The notes beneath the pieces were generated by a model that was not told the DNA's origin, made no database searches, and was given only the letters and a program-made list of their open reading frames with translations. DNA of 64,000 nucleotides from Spirochaetia bacterium (GTDB taxonomy: Bacteria; Spirochaetota; Spirochaetia; CAKZLE01): positions 2,496,001-2,560,000 of the forward strand of contig OY782041.1 in NCBI GenBank assembly GCA_963677595.1. Direction: 5' to 3'. This document shows, piece after piece, positions 49,532-59,488 of this stretch; the stretch's first letter is position 1, and each line of letters starts with the position of its first letter. Both the position numbers and the translations under genes were made by a program.

Positions 49532-50833
49532 ATGGACAGACTTCTGGATTTGATCGTATATGCAGGGCATAATGGCTTTCACTTCGGCCTGTGCTGCCAG
49601 TTCGACTGGATCGCCAGGCGTAGCGTGGATGTAACCCCGGAGAGGAGCCTGTATGAGGAGGTCACCTCCTTCCTCCTGACCGCGGCGGACCTGTTCGACC
49701 GGATCGGCAAGATCGTGCTGGTCACCGATATCGCCGCCCGGTTTCCTGAAGTGCTCGCCGAAGATCCCAAACGTATCGGGTATATACGGATCGCGCCTGA
49801 CCAGTATACGCCGGAGTACATGATGAAGCTGGTCTCCGAAGCCGGTGGGGAGCTGCTGGTGGAGAATATCAGGCCGGGGGCGATCCTGAGCCAGGCAGAT
49901 GCCGCAGGGGCGGCTGGGAAGTTCCTTGCTGCCGGCATCTCCGATATCGTGATCCTGAGCACCTTCCAGATCGAACATACCCATGAACGGCAGATGATCA
50001 GGGACCTCCTCAGCCGAGCCGCACCGGATAGCTTCTCCTTCCATACCCTTGAGGCGCCGGAGTATGAATCATTCCTTCTCCTGGAGAACCGCCTTCTGGC
50101 CGGGGTCTGCCTGAAAGATTCCCTCAGCCGGGAAACCCGGCAGGTGGAGTCCGCCTGCCGGAACCTGGGGATCGACTCCCCGGTATTCCTGCTCTCAGGC
50201 GAAGGGTACTGCATGGACCTTGCCACAGCACTGCGGGATCCTCTGAGGTGCTGGCAGGCTGACCATGCGGCAGTGCTGATCGGGGCCTCCCGCCTCTTCG
50301 GGCTGCCTGATGCCGTGGCGGCCTCATCTCGGGAGGACCATATCGTGATCGACCGCATCAAGGATCACCATCCCGTCGCGATGGGGAGGACCAAACAGTT
50401 CTTCGGGCTCCAGGTCTCAGGACCGCTCACCGGGGCCGTCGAGTTCGGCAGGACCCGGTACAGGCAGCGGGTCATCGATGCTATTGGGGCAGTGAACACC
50501 GAGCCAGGCCCCCTCCCGATCATCGATATCACCGGGGGGATCCTCGATGACCTCGAACTTGAAGCGCAGCGATTCGCCCTTGACTCCCGTACCTCTGCCC
50601 TGATCACCGGGGCGCAGTGTGCCCCCTTCCGTATGGATTTCTATGGGACTGCCCCAGCATCAGGGACAGATGAACTGCTCAGGTCATCGCTTAGGGAGGA
50701 GGCTGCCCGGTGGCTCGAATCATCAGGCATCAGGCTCAGGACGGTCACGGAAGAGTATATGAACCTCAAGACCCGGTATAGGAAGGAGGGCCAGCTGAGG
50801 ATGCGGCTCCGGGTCACCGGCGGCTTAAGGTAA
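49532..50833 (+). CDS. Degenerate hydantoinase/oxoprolinase-like protein
   Basis: Segments align by eye with 42679-44238 (LLENRLL.GV.L; VFLLSGEG..M...A...P; GASRLFG..DA) but both DVGGT motifs are missing. Confidence 0.6.
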   Translation: MDRLLDLIVYAGHNGFHFGLCCQFDWIARRSVDVTPERSLYEEVTSFLLTAADLFDRIGKIVLVTDIAARFPEVLAEDPKRIGYIRIAPDQYTPEYMMKLVSEAGGELLVENIRPGAILSQADAAGAAGKFLAAGISDIVILSTFQIEHTHERQMIRDLLSRAAPDSFSFHTLEAPEYESFLLLENRLLAGVCLKDSLSRETRQVESACRNLGIDSPVFLLSGEGYCMDLATALRDPLRCWQADHAAVLIGASRLFGLPDAVAASSREDHIVIDRIKDHHPVAMGRTKQFFGLQVSGPLTGAVEFGRTRYRQRVIDAIGAVNTEPGPLPIIDITGGILDDLELEAQRFALDSRTSALITGAQCAPFRMDFYGTAPASGTDELLRSSLREEAARWLESSGIRLRTVTEEYMNLKTRYRKEGQLRMRLRVTGGLR

Positions 50834-50914
50834 TCGCCTCACGAATTCTTTCACCGCCGGTACTGTTTTTTCCAGGATGATGGGGTAGAATAATCTTAGG
50901 CAAGGAGGCTGTGC

Positions 50915-51421
50915 ATGGAAACGAACCTTCCCCTGATCGATCTGTCCAACAACCCGACCGGCTGTTGTCCCGTCTTCGACCCTGATCCCTGGGATGGGAG
51001 GGAGTTCAGCTTCGAGGGACTCAGCTTCATCACTGCCAGGACGCGTAGTCTCTTCTATATCCCCCTGAACATGGGAAAGGTCATGAGCCGCACGCAGAAG
51101 GCTATCGGGGAAGCGGGGGCTGCGGACCCGGACCGGTACCTCATGCTCTCCGAGGACCTCACAAGAAGCCGTGCGGAGCACCATCTCCTGGTGACCGGGG
51201 ATGTCCCCGGCTACGAGAGGGAACAGCTGCACGGCAGTTGGTATGCGAAGGTATTCGAGGGACCGTTCAGTCGGATGGGTACCTGGCATGCTGAGCTGCT
51301 CAGGCTGATGGAAGGGAAGGGGAAGAAGCCTGACAGGATCCTTGCCTTCTATACCACCTGTCCCAAATGCGCCAAGGCATACGGGAAGAACTATGTGGTG
51401 CTCTTCGGCCGCATGCCTTAA
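50915..51421 (+). CDS. Conserved hypothetical protein (GyrI-like 'bacterial hydrolase')
   Basis: TGCCP.FDP..WD, FYIPLN, KVFEGPF, YTTCPKCAK.YGKNYVV. Confidence 0.7.
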   Translation: METNLPLIDLSNNPTGCCPVFDPDPWDGREFSFEGLSFITARTRSLFYIPLNMGKVMSRTQKAIGEAGAADPDRYLMLSEDLTRSRAEHHLLVTGDVPGYEREQLHGSWYAKVFEGPFSRMGTWHAELLRLMEGKGKKPDRILAFYTTCPKCAKAYGKNYVVLFGRMP

Positions 51422-51858
51422 GCCTCTGTATGGTCAGCGATGAACTGGGCTACCTGTTCCTTGATCTGGTCCCTGATCCGCCTGACCCGTTCCATGATCT
51501 CCTCATCACTCCCGGTCAGGGCTGATGGGTCCTCGAAGGGCCAGTTCTCCCGGTAGCTCACCCCGGGGAAGATCGGACAGCGCTCCTCAGCCTCCTTGCT
51601 GCAGACCGAGATCACGTACCCATACCGCCGTCCCTCGTTGTAGAAGTCGAGGACCCCATTGGTCTTCTTCCCGGATATATCGATCCCCTCTTCCTGCAGT
51701 GCCCGCACCACATAGGGGTTCAGGCTGCCGGGCTCGAGTCCTGCACTGTCAGCCGTGAAGGTGGTTCCCGCCATCCTGTTCAGGTACTCCTGCGCCATCT
51801 GCGATCGTGCGCTGTTATGCACGCAGATGAACAGGACCCGGTTCTTCACTGATTCCAT
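51418..51858 (-). CDS. arsC: Arsenate reductase / LMW protein tyrosine phosphatase
   Basis: VLFICVHNSARSQMA, SAG, CPIFP, W.FEDP, RDQI. Confidence 0.88.
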   Translation of the reverse strand: MESVKNRVLFICVHNSARSQMAQEYLNRMAGTTFTADSAGLEPGSLNPYVVRALQEEGIDISGKKTNGVLDFYNEGRRYGYVISVCSKEAEERCPIFPGVSYRENWPFEDPSALTGSDEEIMERVRRIRDQIKEQVAQFIADHTEA

Positions 51859-52141
51859 AGTCTTCCTCCTGCAGGGGGATTCCCTGTATCACGCTTATAC
51901 ATACAAGATACCTGAATTATGATGTGAGGATCATGAGGATTGTGTTAAAACGATGAGGGGCGGATCTCGATCACTGCAGCTCCTTCATGCTGGTGTACTG
52001 ACCTCTCCGGTGTTGCGAGTTCCTGAGTATCGGTGCGAGGACCGGTAACGGGCAAGACTCAGGGTCCTCGGTCGACTATGGTAAAAACAGCTATATTTTT
52101 CTCTTATATCGGGTTATGATGCATGCTACAGGGGGAGGAAA

Positions 52142-53410
52142 TTGAGAGATACTGAACGCATTCTCTATATCATGCTGCTGGGGATCCTGGTACTGGCAGT
52201 CGTGGTCGGAACAGCCTACCAGGGGCTGGTATCGACCCTGCAGGGCCTGCTCGAGATCCAGCTTCACCCGGCACGGCTGATCAATGATTTCGCAGTAGTC
52301 GGGGGGCCGGGGGCTGCCCTGGTCAATGCCTCGATCGTCGCTGGGCTGGCCCTGATGCTTATCGCCTTCAGCGGGGTATCGATCTCAGGGCCGACAGTTG
52401 CCGCCTTCTTCACGCTCTTCGGGTTCGGGCTGTTCGGGAAGACGCCGATCAACGTCATACCGATCATCATCGGGGTGGCTATCTCGGCGAAGATCGCGAA
52501 GAAGACCTTCAGGGAATACATCCTCATTGCCCTCTTCGGTACAGCTTTGGGCCCGGTCTTCAGTTTCATCGTCTTCGAGCTGGGCCTGGCAGGTCCCGTA
52601 TCCGTCATCGTTGGCACACTTGGGGGTATCGTAGCCGGTATCTTCCTGCCGCCTGTCGCCATGGCGATGCTCCATCTCCATCAGGGGTACAATCTCTACA
52701 ACATGGGCCTGACCTGCGGATTCGTCGGGCTGTTTGCCGCCTCCCTCATCGCTGCAGGCAACGGGGATATCACAGTCAAGGTCATCTGGCTCGATACCCC
52801 CGATACTCTGCTCACGCTGTTCATCCCCGTGCTCTCCCTCTACCTGCTGGTATTCGGGGCGTATCTCGGCAGGAAGAAAGCCTTTGCTGACATGATGGAG
52901 ATTCAGAGACTTCCCGGGAGGCTGCCGTCAGACTTCATGGATATGGTCTCCTCTGGCGGGGCCCTCATCAATGCAGGAGTCCTCGGCATCATCACCTGGC
53001 TCTACATCATCCTCATCGGTGGTGACCTGAACGGGCCCGTGCTTGGCGGGATCCTGACGGTCATAGGGTTCGGGGTGTTCGGGAAGCATGTTCGCAACTG
53101 CATCCCTGTTATGATCGGGGTGATCCTGAGTTGTCTCGTCTTCGGGAAATCCCTGACAGCCCCTGGACCGCTGCTGGCAGTACTCTTTGCCACTACATTG
53201 GCTCCCCTGGCAGGTGAGTTCGGGGCATTCACGGGGATCGTTGCCGGGTTCATCCACCTGGTCATGGTAGAACGGACGGGAAGCTGGCATGGGGGCATCG
53301 ATCTCTACAATAATGGGTTTGCCGGGGGACTGACCGCAGCCCTGCTGGTCTCAGTGATCGAATGGTACCGGTCATCACAGCCGGATGAGTTCGACGACTC
53401 ATTCAACTAG
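52142..53410 (+). CDS. DUF1576 family membrane protein
   Basis: Duplicated motifs GF..FGK...N..P..GV, LFGTALGP/LFATTLAP, H.GYNLYNMG/HGGIDLYNNGF. Confidence 0.8.
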   Translation: MRDTERILYIMLLGILVLAVVVGTAYQGLVSTLQGLLEIQLHPARLINDFAVVGGPGAALVNASIVAGLALMLIAFSGVSISGPTVAAFFTLFGFGLFGKTPINVIPIIIGVAISAKIAKKTFREYILIALFGTALGPVFSFIVFELGLAGPVSVIVGTLGGIVAGIFLPPVAMAMLHLHQGYNLYNMGLTCGFVGLFAASLIAAGNGDITVKVIWLDTPDTLLTLFIPVLSLYLLVFGAYLGRKKAFADMMEIQRLPGRLPSDFMDMVSSGGALINAGVLGIITWLYIILIGGDLNGPVLGGILTVIGFGVFGKHVRNCIPVMIGVILSCLVFGKSLTAPGPLLAVLFATTLAPLAGEFGAFTGIVAGFIHLVMVERTGSWHGGIDLYNNGFAGGLTAALLVSVIEWYRSSQPDEFDDSFN

Positions 53411-53427
53411 ATAAGGAGTACAAGCTT

Positions 53428-53811
53428 ATGAAACGAAAGGAATTCCTGCTGCAGCTGATCGGGGAAGTGTCAAATTTCATCCTTGAGGGCAACCCGAGAC
53501 GGATGGTCATCTCTCTCCACCAGGAGGCGGACGGTCTCCACCTCTGCGTGATCGATGACAATGCCCACAGCGATAAAGAGATCGAGGCTATCTCCCATGC
53601 CCTGGCTGGGAGGAAGCGTCCCGAGCTTTCTGGGTATTACGGGTCTATGACCGGCCATGACCTCTTTGGTTCGGCTCGGCTCGACTTGGTCGGGCTGCAG
53701 GTCAAGCATGGTGATGTCTCAAGAACGGATAGCGGGATCAAGATAGACCTTTGGCTTGGTTCCGATCGGTTTGATTCGACGAACTTCACTATTCCGGATG
53801 AAGGGGAGTAG
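53428..53811 (+). CDS. Hypothetical protein (possible degenerate GHKL-like fold)
   Basis: AAGGAG RBS; helix-beta-beta pattern (IGEVSN...MVISL...LHLCVIDD). Confidence 0.6.
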   Translation: MKRKEFLLQLIGEVSNFILEGNPRRMVISLHQEADGLHLCVIDDNAHSDKEIEAISHALAGRKRPELSGYYGSMTGHDLFGSARLDLVGLQVKHGDVSRTDSGIKIDLWLGSDRFDSTNFTIPDEGE

Positions 53812-53950
53812 GTCCCTGTTCAGCAGATTCTCATGATGAGCTGGATGAATTCCCCATTCCTCCAAGGGAGAAGGGAAAATCGTATGGCAGCAACGGACGA
53901 TCCGTTGTATCATGGCAGGACTGCACCCAAGCTGAACGAGGTATCTACGT

Positions 53951-55063
53951 ATGAAACGCACCCTGATCTTCCTATTCCTGCTCTTCACCTGCATGGGGTC
54001 CTTTGCTGAGAACGAGGGCATCGAACCCGCCCTTGGAGTGAGGACTGCCCGCTACTATTATATGCCGTCCTGCAGTTCCTGCATGGATTTCCTCCTCTCC
54101 ATGGCATCGGAATACTCACCTGCCGGCCTAACGATCGAGCGGATAGATGTCCGTACCGCTGCAGGTTATGAACGCATGACCGCCGACCTCGAACGCCTGG
54201 GATCATCAGCCGAGGAGTTCCCCATCCTCATCATCGAGGAGGCGGTCTTTCAGGGAGAGGCTGAGACGGAGCGGGGAAGGAGGGAGGCTGAAGCCCTGCT
54301 TGGGAGTGGGGGATCCCTTACCAGCCTTACCGGGACGGTTCATGAACCTGCAGTTCCCGTGATCGGCATCGGGGCCATCTTCCTCTCAGGCCTCATCGAT
54401 GGGATCAATCCCTGCGTCTTCTCGACCCTCATCTTCCTCTTCTCCATGCTGGCGATGCTCGGGCGGGACCGGCGTGACCTTATCGTGATCGGGTGCTGGT
54501 ATACCCTCTCCGTGTTCATCAGCTACTATCTTGCAGGACTCGGGCTCTCGCACCTCACGCTGTTCGTCTCCCGGTACCAGTTCCTGGGCAGGCTGCTCGA
54601 TGGGGCCCTGGTATTCTTCCTGGCGATCCTAGCCGTGCTCTCCCTCTATGACTACTACCTGGCCCGGACGGGGAGGGCTTCCGGGATGGTGCTGCAGCTC
54701 TCCCTAAAGGAGAAGCGGCGAATACACTCCGTCATCAGGGGACGTATGCGCAGCGGATCGCTTGCCCTCGGTGCCGTGATCATGGGGGTACTGGTTTCAT
54801 TGTTCGAGCTGGGGTGTACCGGACAGATCTACCTGCCGACACTGCTCTACATGGCTTCTGTCAACCCGGAGGGGCCGGCGTACCGGCTGCTCCTCCTCTA
54901 CAATGTCGGCTTCATCCTGCCGCTCGGATCGCTGTTCGCGGTATGTATTGCAGGGGTCTCCTCGAAACGTCTTGAGCAGTCCTTCAGGAATCATACGGCA
55001 GCCATCAAGCTGCTGACTGCCGTCCTCTTCATCATTCTGCTGGTCCTGACCCTCCTGAGCTAG
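53951..55063 (+). CDS. Thioredoxin-like domain plus CcdA/DsbD-like membrane domain protein
   Basis: Signal peptide, CSSC, GLIDGINPC, FELGCTGQIYLP, LLLYNVGFILPL. Confidence 0.82.
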   Translation: MKRTLIFLFLLFTCMGSFAENEGIEPALGVRTARYYYMPSCSSCMDFLLSMASEYSPAGLTIERIDVRTAAGYERMTADLERLGSSAEEFPILIIEEAVFQGEAETERGRREAEALLGSGGSLTSLTGTVHEPAVPVIGIGAIFLSGLIDGINPCVFSTLIFLFSMLAMLGRDRRDLIVIGCWYTLSVFISYYLAGLGLSHLTLFVSRYQFLGRLLDGALVFFLAILAVLSLYDYYLARTGRASGMVLQLSLKEKRRIHSVIRGRMRSGSLALGAVIMGVLVSLFELGCTGQIYLPTLLYMASVNPEGPAYRLLLLYNVGFILPLGSLFAVCIAGVSSKRLEQSFRNHTAAIKLLTAVLFIILLVLTLLS

Positions 55064-56168
55064 GGGACTCTTCCTCCTGGAACTGGACGGTCTGCTCTGC
55101 GGAATCCCCGATCCGTGCGGCAGCCTGCTGTTCGTGCTGCCGGATGTCCCCGAGGACATTCTCCAGCTCGAGGACTGCCTGGTCAGCCTTCGTGAGCCCG
55201 ACGGGGATCTCCTCATCGTTCCCGATCATCTCGAAGAAGTCGGGGGGAAGGGTATAGTCCTCGAGGTCGAAGGTAAGCAGGTTCTCACTGATCTCAACGG
55301 AGCGGGTATAGCCGAAGACCGCCTGCTCGAACTGCTTGGCTTCCTCCTCGTCGACATGAAGGCTGTTGTTCTTCAGGTACTTCTCCGAGAGGATTGCTGC
55401 ATTCTGCAGGAAGAGCTCGGTGATCATCTCTATATTGAGCAGCCTGTTCCCCAGGCCGAGTACGTATCTCGGCTCGATGAACTGGCGCTGCAGTTCTTCA
55501 GGATTCTCCTGGTCGATCCGCTTGACCACATCCTCACGGCCCATGGATATCCCGTCCCTGATACTCCCATCCCGGTTGAGGAAGACGAAATGGAGGTCTT
55601 CCCGGATCTCCGGTGCATTCTCCGTCACGGCATTGGGGTGGAGCAGGATCACCCGCTCCCCGAGCTCTGCGGTCCTCGTGGCGATGGTCCCTACCACCGT
55701 CCGCTCCAGCTCGACCTTCGTCGTGGCATAGATGCCCCCGAGCACGACGCAGTCCCTGACCACTGCCGTATTGCAGAAGAGGTTGCCGTAGATGAAGGCA
55801 TGGTCGATCTTCACCTGGTCGGAATAGACATCGCCCTCGATGACCAGCCGTGCGGAACCATCGTTCACCGGGCTGGTGACCAGGAAGGTCTTCTCAGCCT
55901 GGACGCATCCCTTGACGAGGGAGACGGCCCCCGGCTCGTCGAGGGTGAAGGCTGCATGCTCCTTGATGAACGCGCTCTGGTGGAGGGTACAGGGTCCCCC
56001 CTTCATGTCGAGGCTGCTGCCCATGATACCGCCCCCGATGGAGGTCTTGCCTCGGAGCGTGATGGTCTTCCACATCTCGATCTTCGTGTCGGGGATGATA
56101 TCCCCGGGGTAGTGGTCATTCTCCAAGATGAAGGAGTGTTTTGAGTTCGAACGTATCGGCTGACTCAT
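55032..56168 (-). CDS. Hypothetical protein with predicted beta-helix (bactofilin/polymer-forming-like) N-terminal domain
   Basis: Repeating I.G.(V/I).. units (SIGGGIMG, LVKGCVQA, VIEGDVYS, FIYGNLFC, VVLGGIYA); acidic helical C-terminus; GGGGAG RBS. Confidence 0.6.
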   Translation of the reverse strand: MSQPIRSNSKHSFILENDHYPGDIIPDTKIEMWKTITLRGKTSIGGGIMGSSLDMKGGPCTLHQSAFIKEHAAFTLDEPGAVSLVKGCVQAEKTFLVTSPVNDGSARLVIEGDVYSDQVKIDHAFIYGNLFCNTAVVRDCVVLGGIYATTKVELERTVVGTIATRTAELGERVILLHPNAVTENAPEIREDLHFVFLNRDGSIRDGISMGREDVVKRIDQENPEELQRQFIEPRYVLGLGNRLLNIEMITELFLQNAAILSEKYLKNNSLHVDEEEAKQFEQAVFGYTRSVEISENLLTFDLEDYTLPPDFFEMIGNDEEIPVGLTKADQAVLELENVLGDIRQHEQQAAARIGDSAEQTVQFQEEESPSSGGSGPAE

Positions 56169-56172
56169 ACGG

Positions 56173-57114
56173 CTACTCCCCCTTCTCGACGGTGAGCTCA
56201 TCGATGAATGCATCGAGCTCCTCATGGAGTGAGACCCACTTGGTGTCCTCCAGCTGCCCGGTATCGAACATCCTGGTGATGGACCTCTTCATGATCTCCT
56301 TCTCCTCCCCGGTAAGCTGGGTATACCCGATCCGTCCTTTCAGTTCATGCTTCTTCTCCCGGACCCGATCCTCGAGCGGGATGAGGAGGCTTTCTACCCT
56401 ATAGTCGATCTCCCCGTCATGGGGGATGAACTCACCGGGAATGTACTGGGTGAGCACGGATTCTCCCCGTTCCACCAGATAGACAGGTATCTGCCTCGGT
56501 ACCGGGGAGGAGACCTCCTCCTCGATGAGGAACCGCCCGACCTCCTCGAAGAACGCATTGCGCTGCTCGGTGAAGGAGGCGATGGCCCTGCAGGCATCGA
56601 ACCCGCGGCTCTCCACCGCCGAGGAGCGCACTGCCGTGCAGTCGAGGTAGTACTTCTCGGAGGTATTGGTCACGGGGATCGCCCGTGAATGGTAGGCGAT
56701 CGCGCTCTTGTTGTTGAAGTAGTGCCTGTTCAGGTTGATCACATGGCCGTCGAGCTTCATGATAGAACTCTCGGTGTTGTGCTCGAGCTCCCGGTTGATC
56801 AGCTCGTACCGGCCCCGGATCTTCTCCAAGTCCTCTGCCAGGTTCTGCTTCTTCCGTTCGAGCTGGGCGGAAAGCTCATGGAGGAGGTTCTTGTAGGAGT
56901 TGAGCTCCGAACACTTCGAGATGATCATCATCGTCGCGTTGTTCTCCATGAGCTTCGCCATACCGGTCTCCATGGTCTCATGGATCTTCCCGAAATAGCC
57001 GATGACCTTCTGCAGCACGTTCAGGCTCTTGCCGACATCCTCCCGGATGGGGGCGACGTTCATGCTGACCTCTTTGGCCAGGCTGTCTATTGCTCTGATC
57101 TCATTGTATGACAT
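56173..57114 (-). CDS. Hypothetical coiled-coil protein
   Basis: Long ORF with host-like codon usage; heptad-rich segment; 3-4 nt from both neighbours. Confidence 0.75.
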   Translation of the reverse strand: MSYNEIRAIDSLAKEVSMNVAPIREDVGKSLNVLQKVIGYFGKIHETMETGMAKLMENNATMMIISKCSELNSYKNLLHELSAQLERKKQNLAEDLEKIRGRYELINRELEHNTESSIMKLDGHVINLNRHYFNNKSAIAYHSRAIPVTNTSEKYYLDCTAVRSSAVESRGFDACRAIASFTEQRNAFFEEVGRFLIEEEVSSPVPRQIPVYLVERGESVLTQYIPGEFIPHDGEIDYRVESLLIPLEDRVREKKHELKGRIGYTQLTGEEKEIMKRSITRMFDTGQLEDTKWVSLHEELDAFIDELTVEKGE

Positions 57115-57117
57115 ACG

Positions 57118-59361
57118 CTACGCCCTCCCTTCTACAGTGGTGCTCTTCTCGCCGAGCAGGTCCCTGAAGTTCCTGAAATCCTGCTCGATCTCCCGGTCGA
57201 TCTCATGTGACGGATGGTCGGGCACCTCTGCCCGACGGTCCCCCTTCAGGTCGAGTGCTCCGGCGACGGGGAGGATCTCCTCGCCATCCGGCTCTGGCTT
57301 AACCATCATGGCGGCAGTCTTGATGAGCCGTTCAGTCTGCTCCTCACTCCTCTCGGCACTCTCCTTGATGGCCTCGAGCTGCTTCAGGGTCTCCTGCTGC
57401 AGCCGGTCCCGTTCGAGATCCTCGATCTTCTCCTGGTAGGAGAGTTTCTGCAGGGTAGCATGGGTCTGGTTCCTCAGCTGGGCGACATCATCGCGTACCT
57501 GCTGGACGATGGCATTGTTCTCGGAGATGATGTCATGCTCGACGGAGTGGGCATACTCCTTGACCGAGGAGAGCCGGTTCTCGGCGACAGCGTTGATCTT
57601 GATCATGAGTTTCTCCATGGACTCGACCATGTCGCCGATGCTCTCCACCTGTGCCCTGAGGGTCTTGATCTGGAGGATCTGCCCGTCTATCTCCCGCCGG
57701 TTCTCCCGCTCGATCTCATCCCGCTCCTTCTCGTATGCCTGCCGGTAGTCGATCTTCTTCACGTTCAGGCTGGAATAGATGCGGATACGCTCCTTCTCGT
57801 TCTCCTGCAGGAGGTAGTTATAGGCCGGCATGAAGACCGAGGACTGGAGTTTATGGACGGGGATCGGGTGCCGTGTCTCCCGCTCACAGAGGTTGCACTT
57901 CCAGACGTCGTCCCTCCAGTCCTTCAGGTAGACCCGTGCATGCTCGTTCCAGGTGACCGGGTCGGTGGTCCCTTCTTTCAGGGCATTGAAGTCCTGGTGC
58001 AGCAGCTTCTCTATATCCTTCTCATGGCAATAGGGGCAGTAGAAGTTGTATGCCCCGTAGTGCATGATGTCCGAGAGCCTCGGCTCTATGGTCGCCACGA
58101 CGTTCTTGACGCTGTGGTTCCGCAAGAGGCTGATCTTCGCCATATCCCTCAGGACCTTCCGGATGACGTTGTCGGAGAACTCGTCCACGCTCCAGGCGGT
58201 CCTGACGAGCTCGGCAGGCGCTTCGGAGATCGTAGAGATCGCGGGACTCTCAACCGGCTCCTGGGCAGCTTCCGCTTCTTCCTCAACCGTCAAATCTCCC
58301 GATTCTGCTTCTTCAGCAGTTTCGGTCTCCCCTGTGGAAGCATCAAAAGCGACAGATCCTTCAGCAGCCGGCTCTCCGGCCTCTTCCTGGATCTCCTCGC
58401 CCGGGAAATCCTCTTCCGGTTCTGTCACAGGAACGACGATCTCGGCTGATACGTCAGCAGAGGCTGCAGCAGGCTGTTCGCTCTCGGCCTGCTGCTCCTC
58501 CTCGACGATCCCGGGAAGCTCCTCTGCGAGGGTCCCGATCATCTGCTCCCACTTGATCCCCTGGATCTTCTCGAGCTTGTCCTTGATGATGTCAGTGTTG
58601 ACGAAACCCGGGCGCTTCTGGTCATAGTCACTCGAAGCGATGAACCGCGTAATATCATCGGTGTTCTGCATGATCCCCATGTCGATGGTGGCATAATCCC
58701 GGTCGCTGAAGACCTGCTCGATCTCTTCGTAGAGGTCGTGGAGGGTCGTCTCCGAGTCATAGAGGTAGGACTCCTCGACATCAAGTTCCTGCGGTATCTC
58801 CACAGCGAACTTGTTGGTTGAGGCGAGCACTGCCGGGAGGCTTGCGGTCTTTCGCTTATAGTCATCCCAGAGCTCCTGCACGGCATCGGCGTCATCGAGG
58901 TAGGGGCAGGTAAGGTGTTCGAGCGGGAAGAGCCCGTCCTCGTCGATGATGAGGGAGCCGTCGGCAAAGGGGTACTGGGTGAAGTTGACCACCGTCCTGC
59001 CGATCCGTGAGACCGGTGCCGTGTACTTCATCCGATGCATCCTGCCCCGGTTACGCAGCCCGCCGATGAGCAGGATCAACCAGAGGAGGGAGGGGGCGAA
59101 GATGATGTAGGGATAGACGGCCATCAGTCCCCACTGCTCGGCGTAGGGATCAGTGAACCCCAGGAGCCACAGGACGACCAGTGCCGCCTGGACGGCAAAG
59201 AACAGGCCGGCGAAGATGAAGCCCCAGGTCATCTTCTTCTTCAGGCGGATCTTCTCGGCAACATAGTTCCTGAAATCAGGGAGGACCTGCCGGAGCAGGA
59301 CCATGAGGAACTCATCATACGAGCTCTTCGTATCGAACCCTTGAATCTTGAATGCATCCAT
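57118..59361 (-). CDS. Hypothetical membrane-anchored protein with acidic linker, Zn-finger and coiled coil
   Basis: Two N-terminal TM helices, Glu/Ala-rich linker, CPYC...CNLC, long C-terminal heptads. Confidence 0.78.
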   Translation of the reverse strand: MDAFKIQGFDTKSSYDEFLMVLLRQVLPDFRNYVAEKIRLKKKMTWGFIFAGLFFAVQAALVVLWLLGFTDPYAEQWGLMAVYPYIIFAPSLLWLILLIGGLRNRGRMHRMKYTAPVSRIGRTVVNFTQYPFADGSLIIDEDGLFPLEHLTCPYLDDADAVQELWDDYKRKTASLPAVLASTNKFAVEIPQELDVEESYLYDSETTLHDLYEEIEQVFSDRDYATIDMGIMQNTDDITRFIASSDYDQKRPGFVNTDIIKDKLEKIQGIKWEQMIGTLAEELPGIVEEEQQAESEQPAAASADVSAEIVVPVTEPEEDFPGEEIQEEAGEPAAEGSVAFDASTGETETAEEAESGDLTVEEEAEAAQEPVESPAISTISEAPAELVRTAWSVDEFSDNVIRKVLRDMAKISLLRNHSVKNVVATIEPRLSDIMHYGAYNFYCPYCHEKDIEKLLHQDFNALKEGTTDPVTWNEHARVYLKDWRDDVWKCNLCERETRHPIPVHKLQSSVFMPAYNYLLQENEKERIRIYSSLNVKKIDYRQAYEKERDEIERENRREIDGQILQIKTLRAQVESIGDMVESMEKLMIKINAVAENRLSSVKEYAHSVEHDIISENNAIVQQVRDDVAQLRNQTHATLQKLSYQEKIEDLERDRLQQETLKQLEAIKESAERSEEQTERLIKTAAMMVKPEPDGEEILPVAGALDLKGDRRAEVPDHPSHEIDREIEQDFRNFRDLLGEKSTTVEGRA

Positions 59362-59488
59362 ATCACAAGTCCTTTCATTACGGTATTCCGATCTTGTCAG
59401 GCAGCGGCTGTACTGTCTCAGTATAGCACAGAGTCAAGAGAGGGTGTGTATGAAAAACGTGTGAGGGTAGTGAGTATCGTTACGGAGG

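Noticed and set aside
55134-58449. Long plus-strand ORFs (336 aa and 411 aa)
   Set aside because: Antisense shadows with the L/V/D/H-rich composition expected opposite real genes; the minus-strand ORFs have RBSs and operon spacing.
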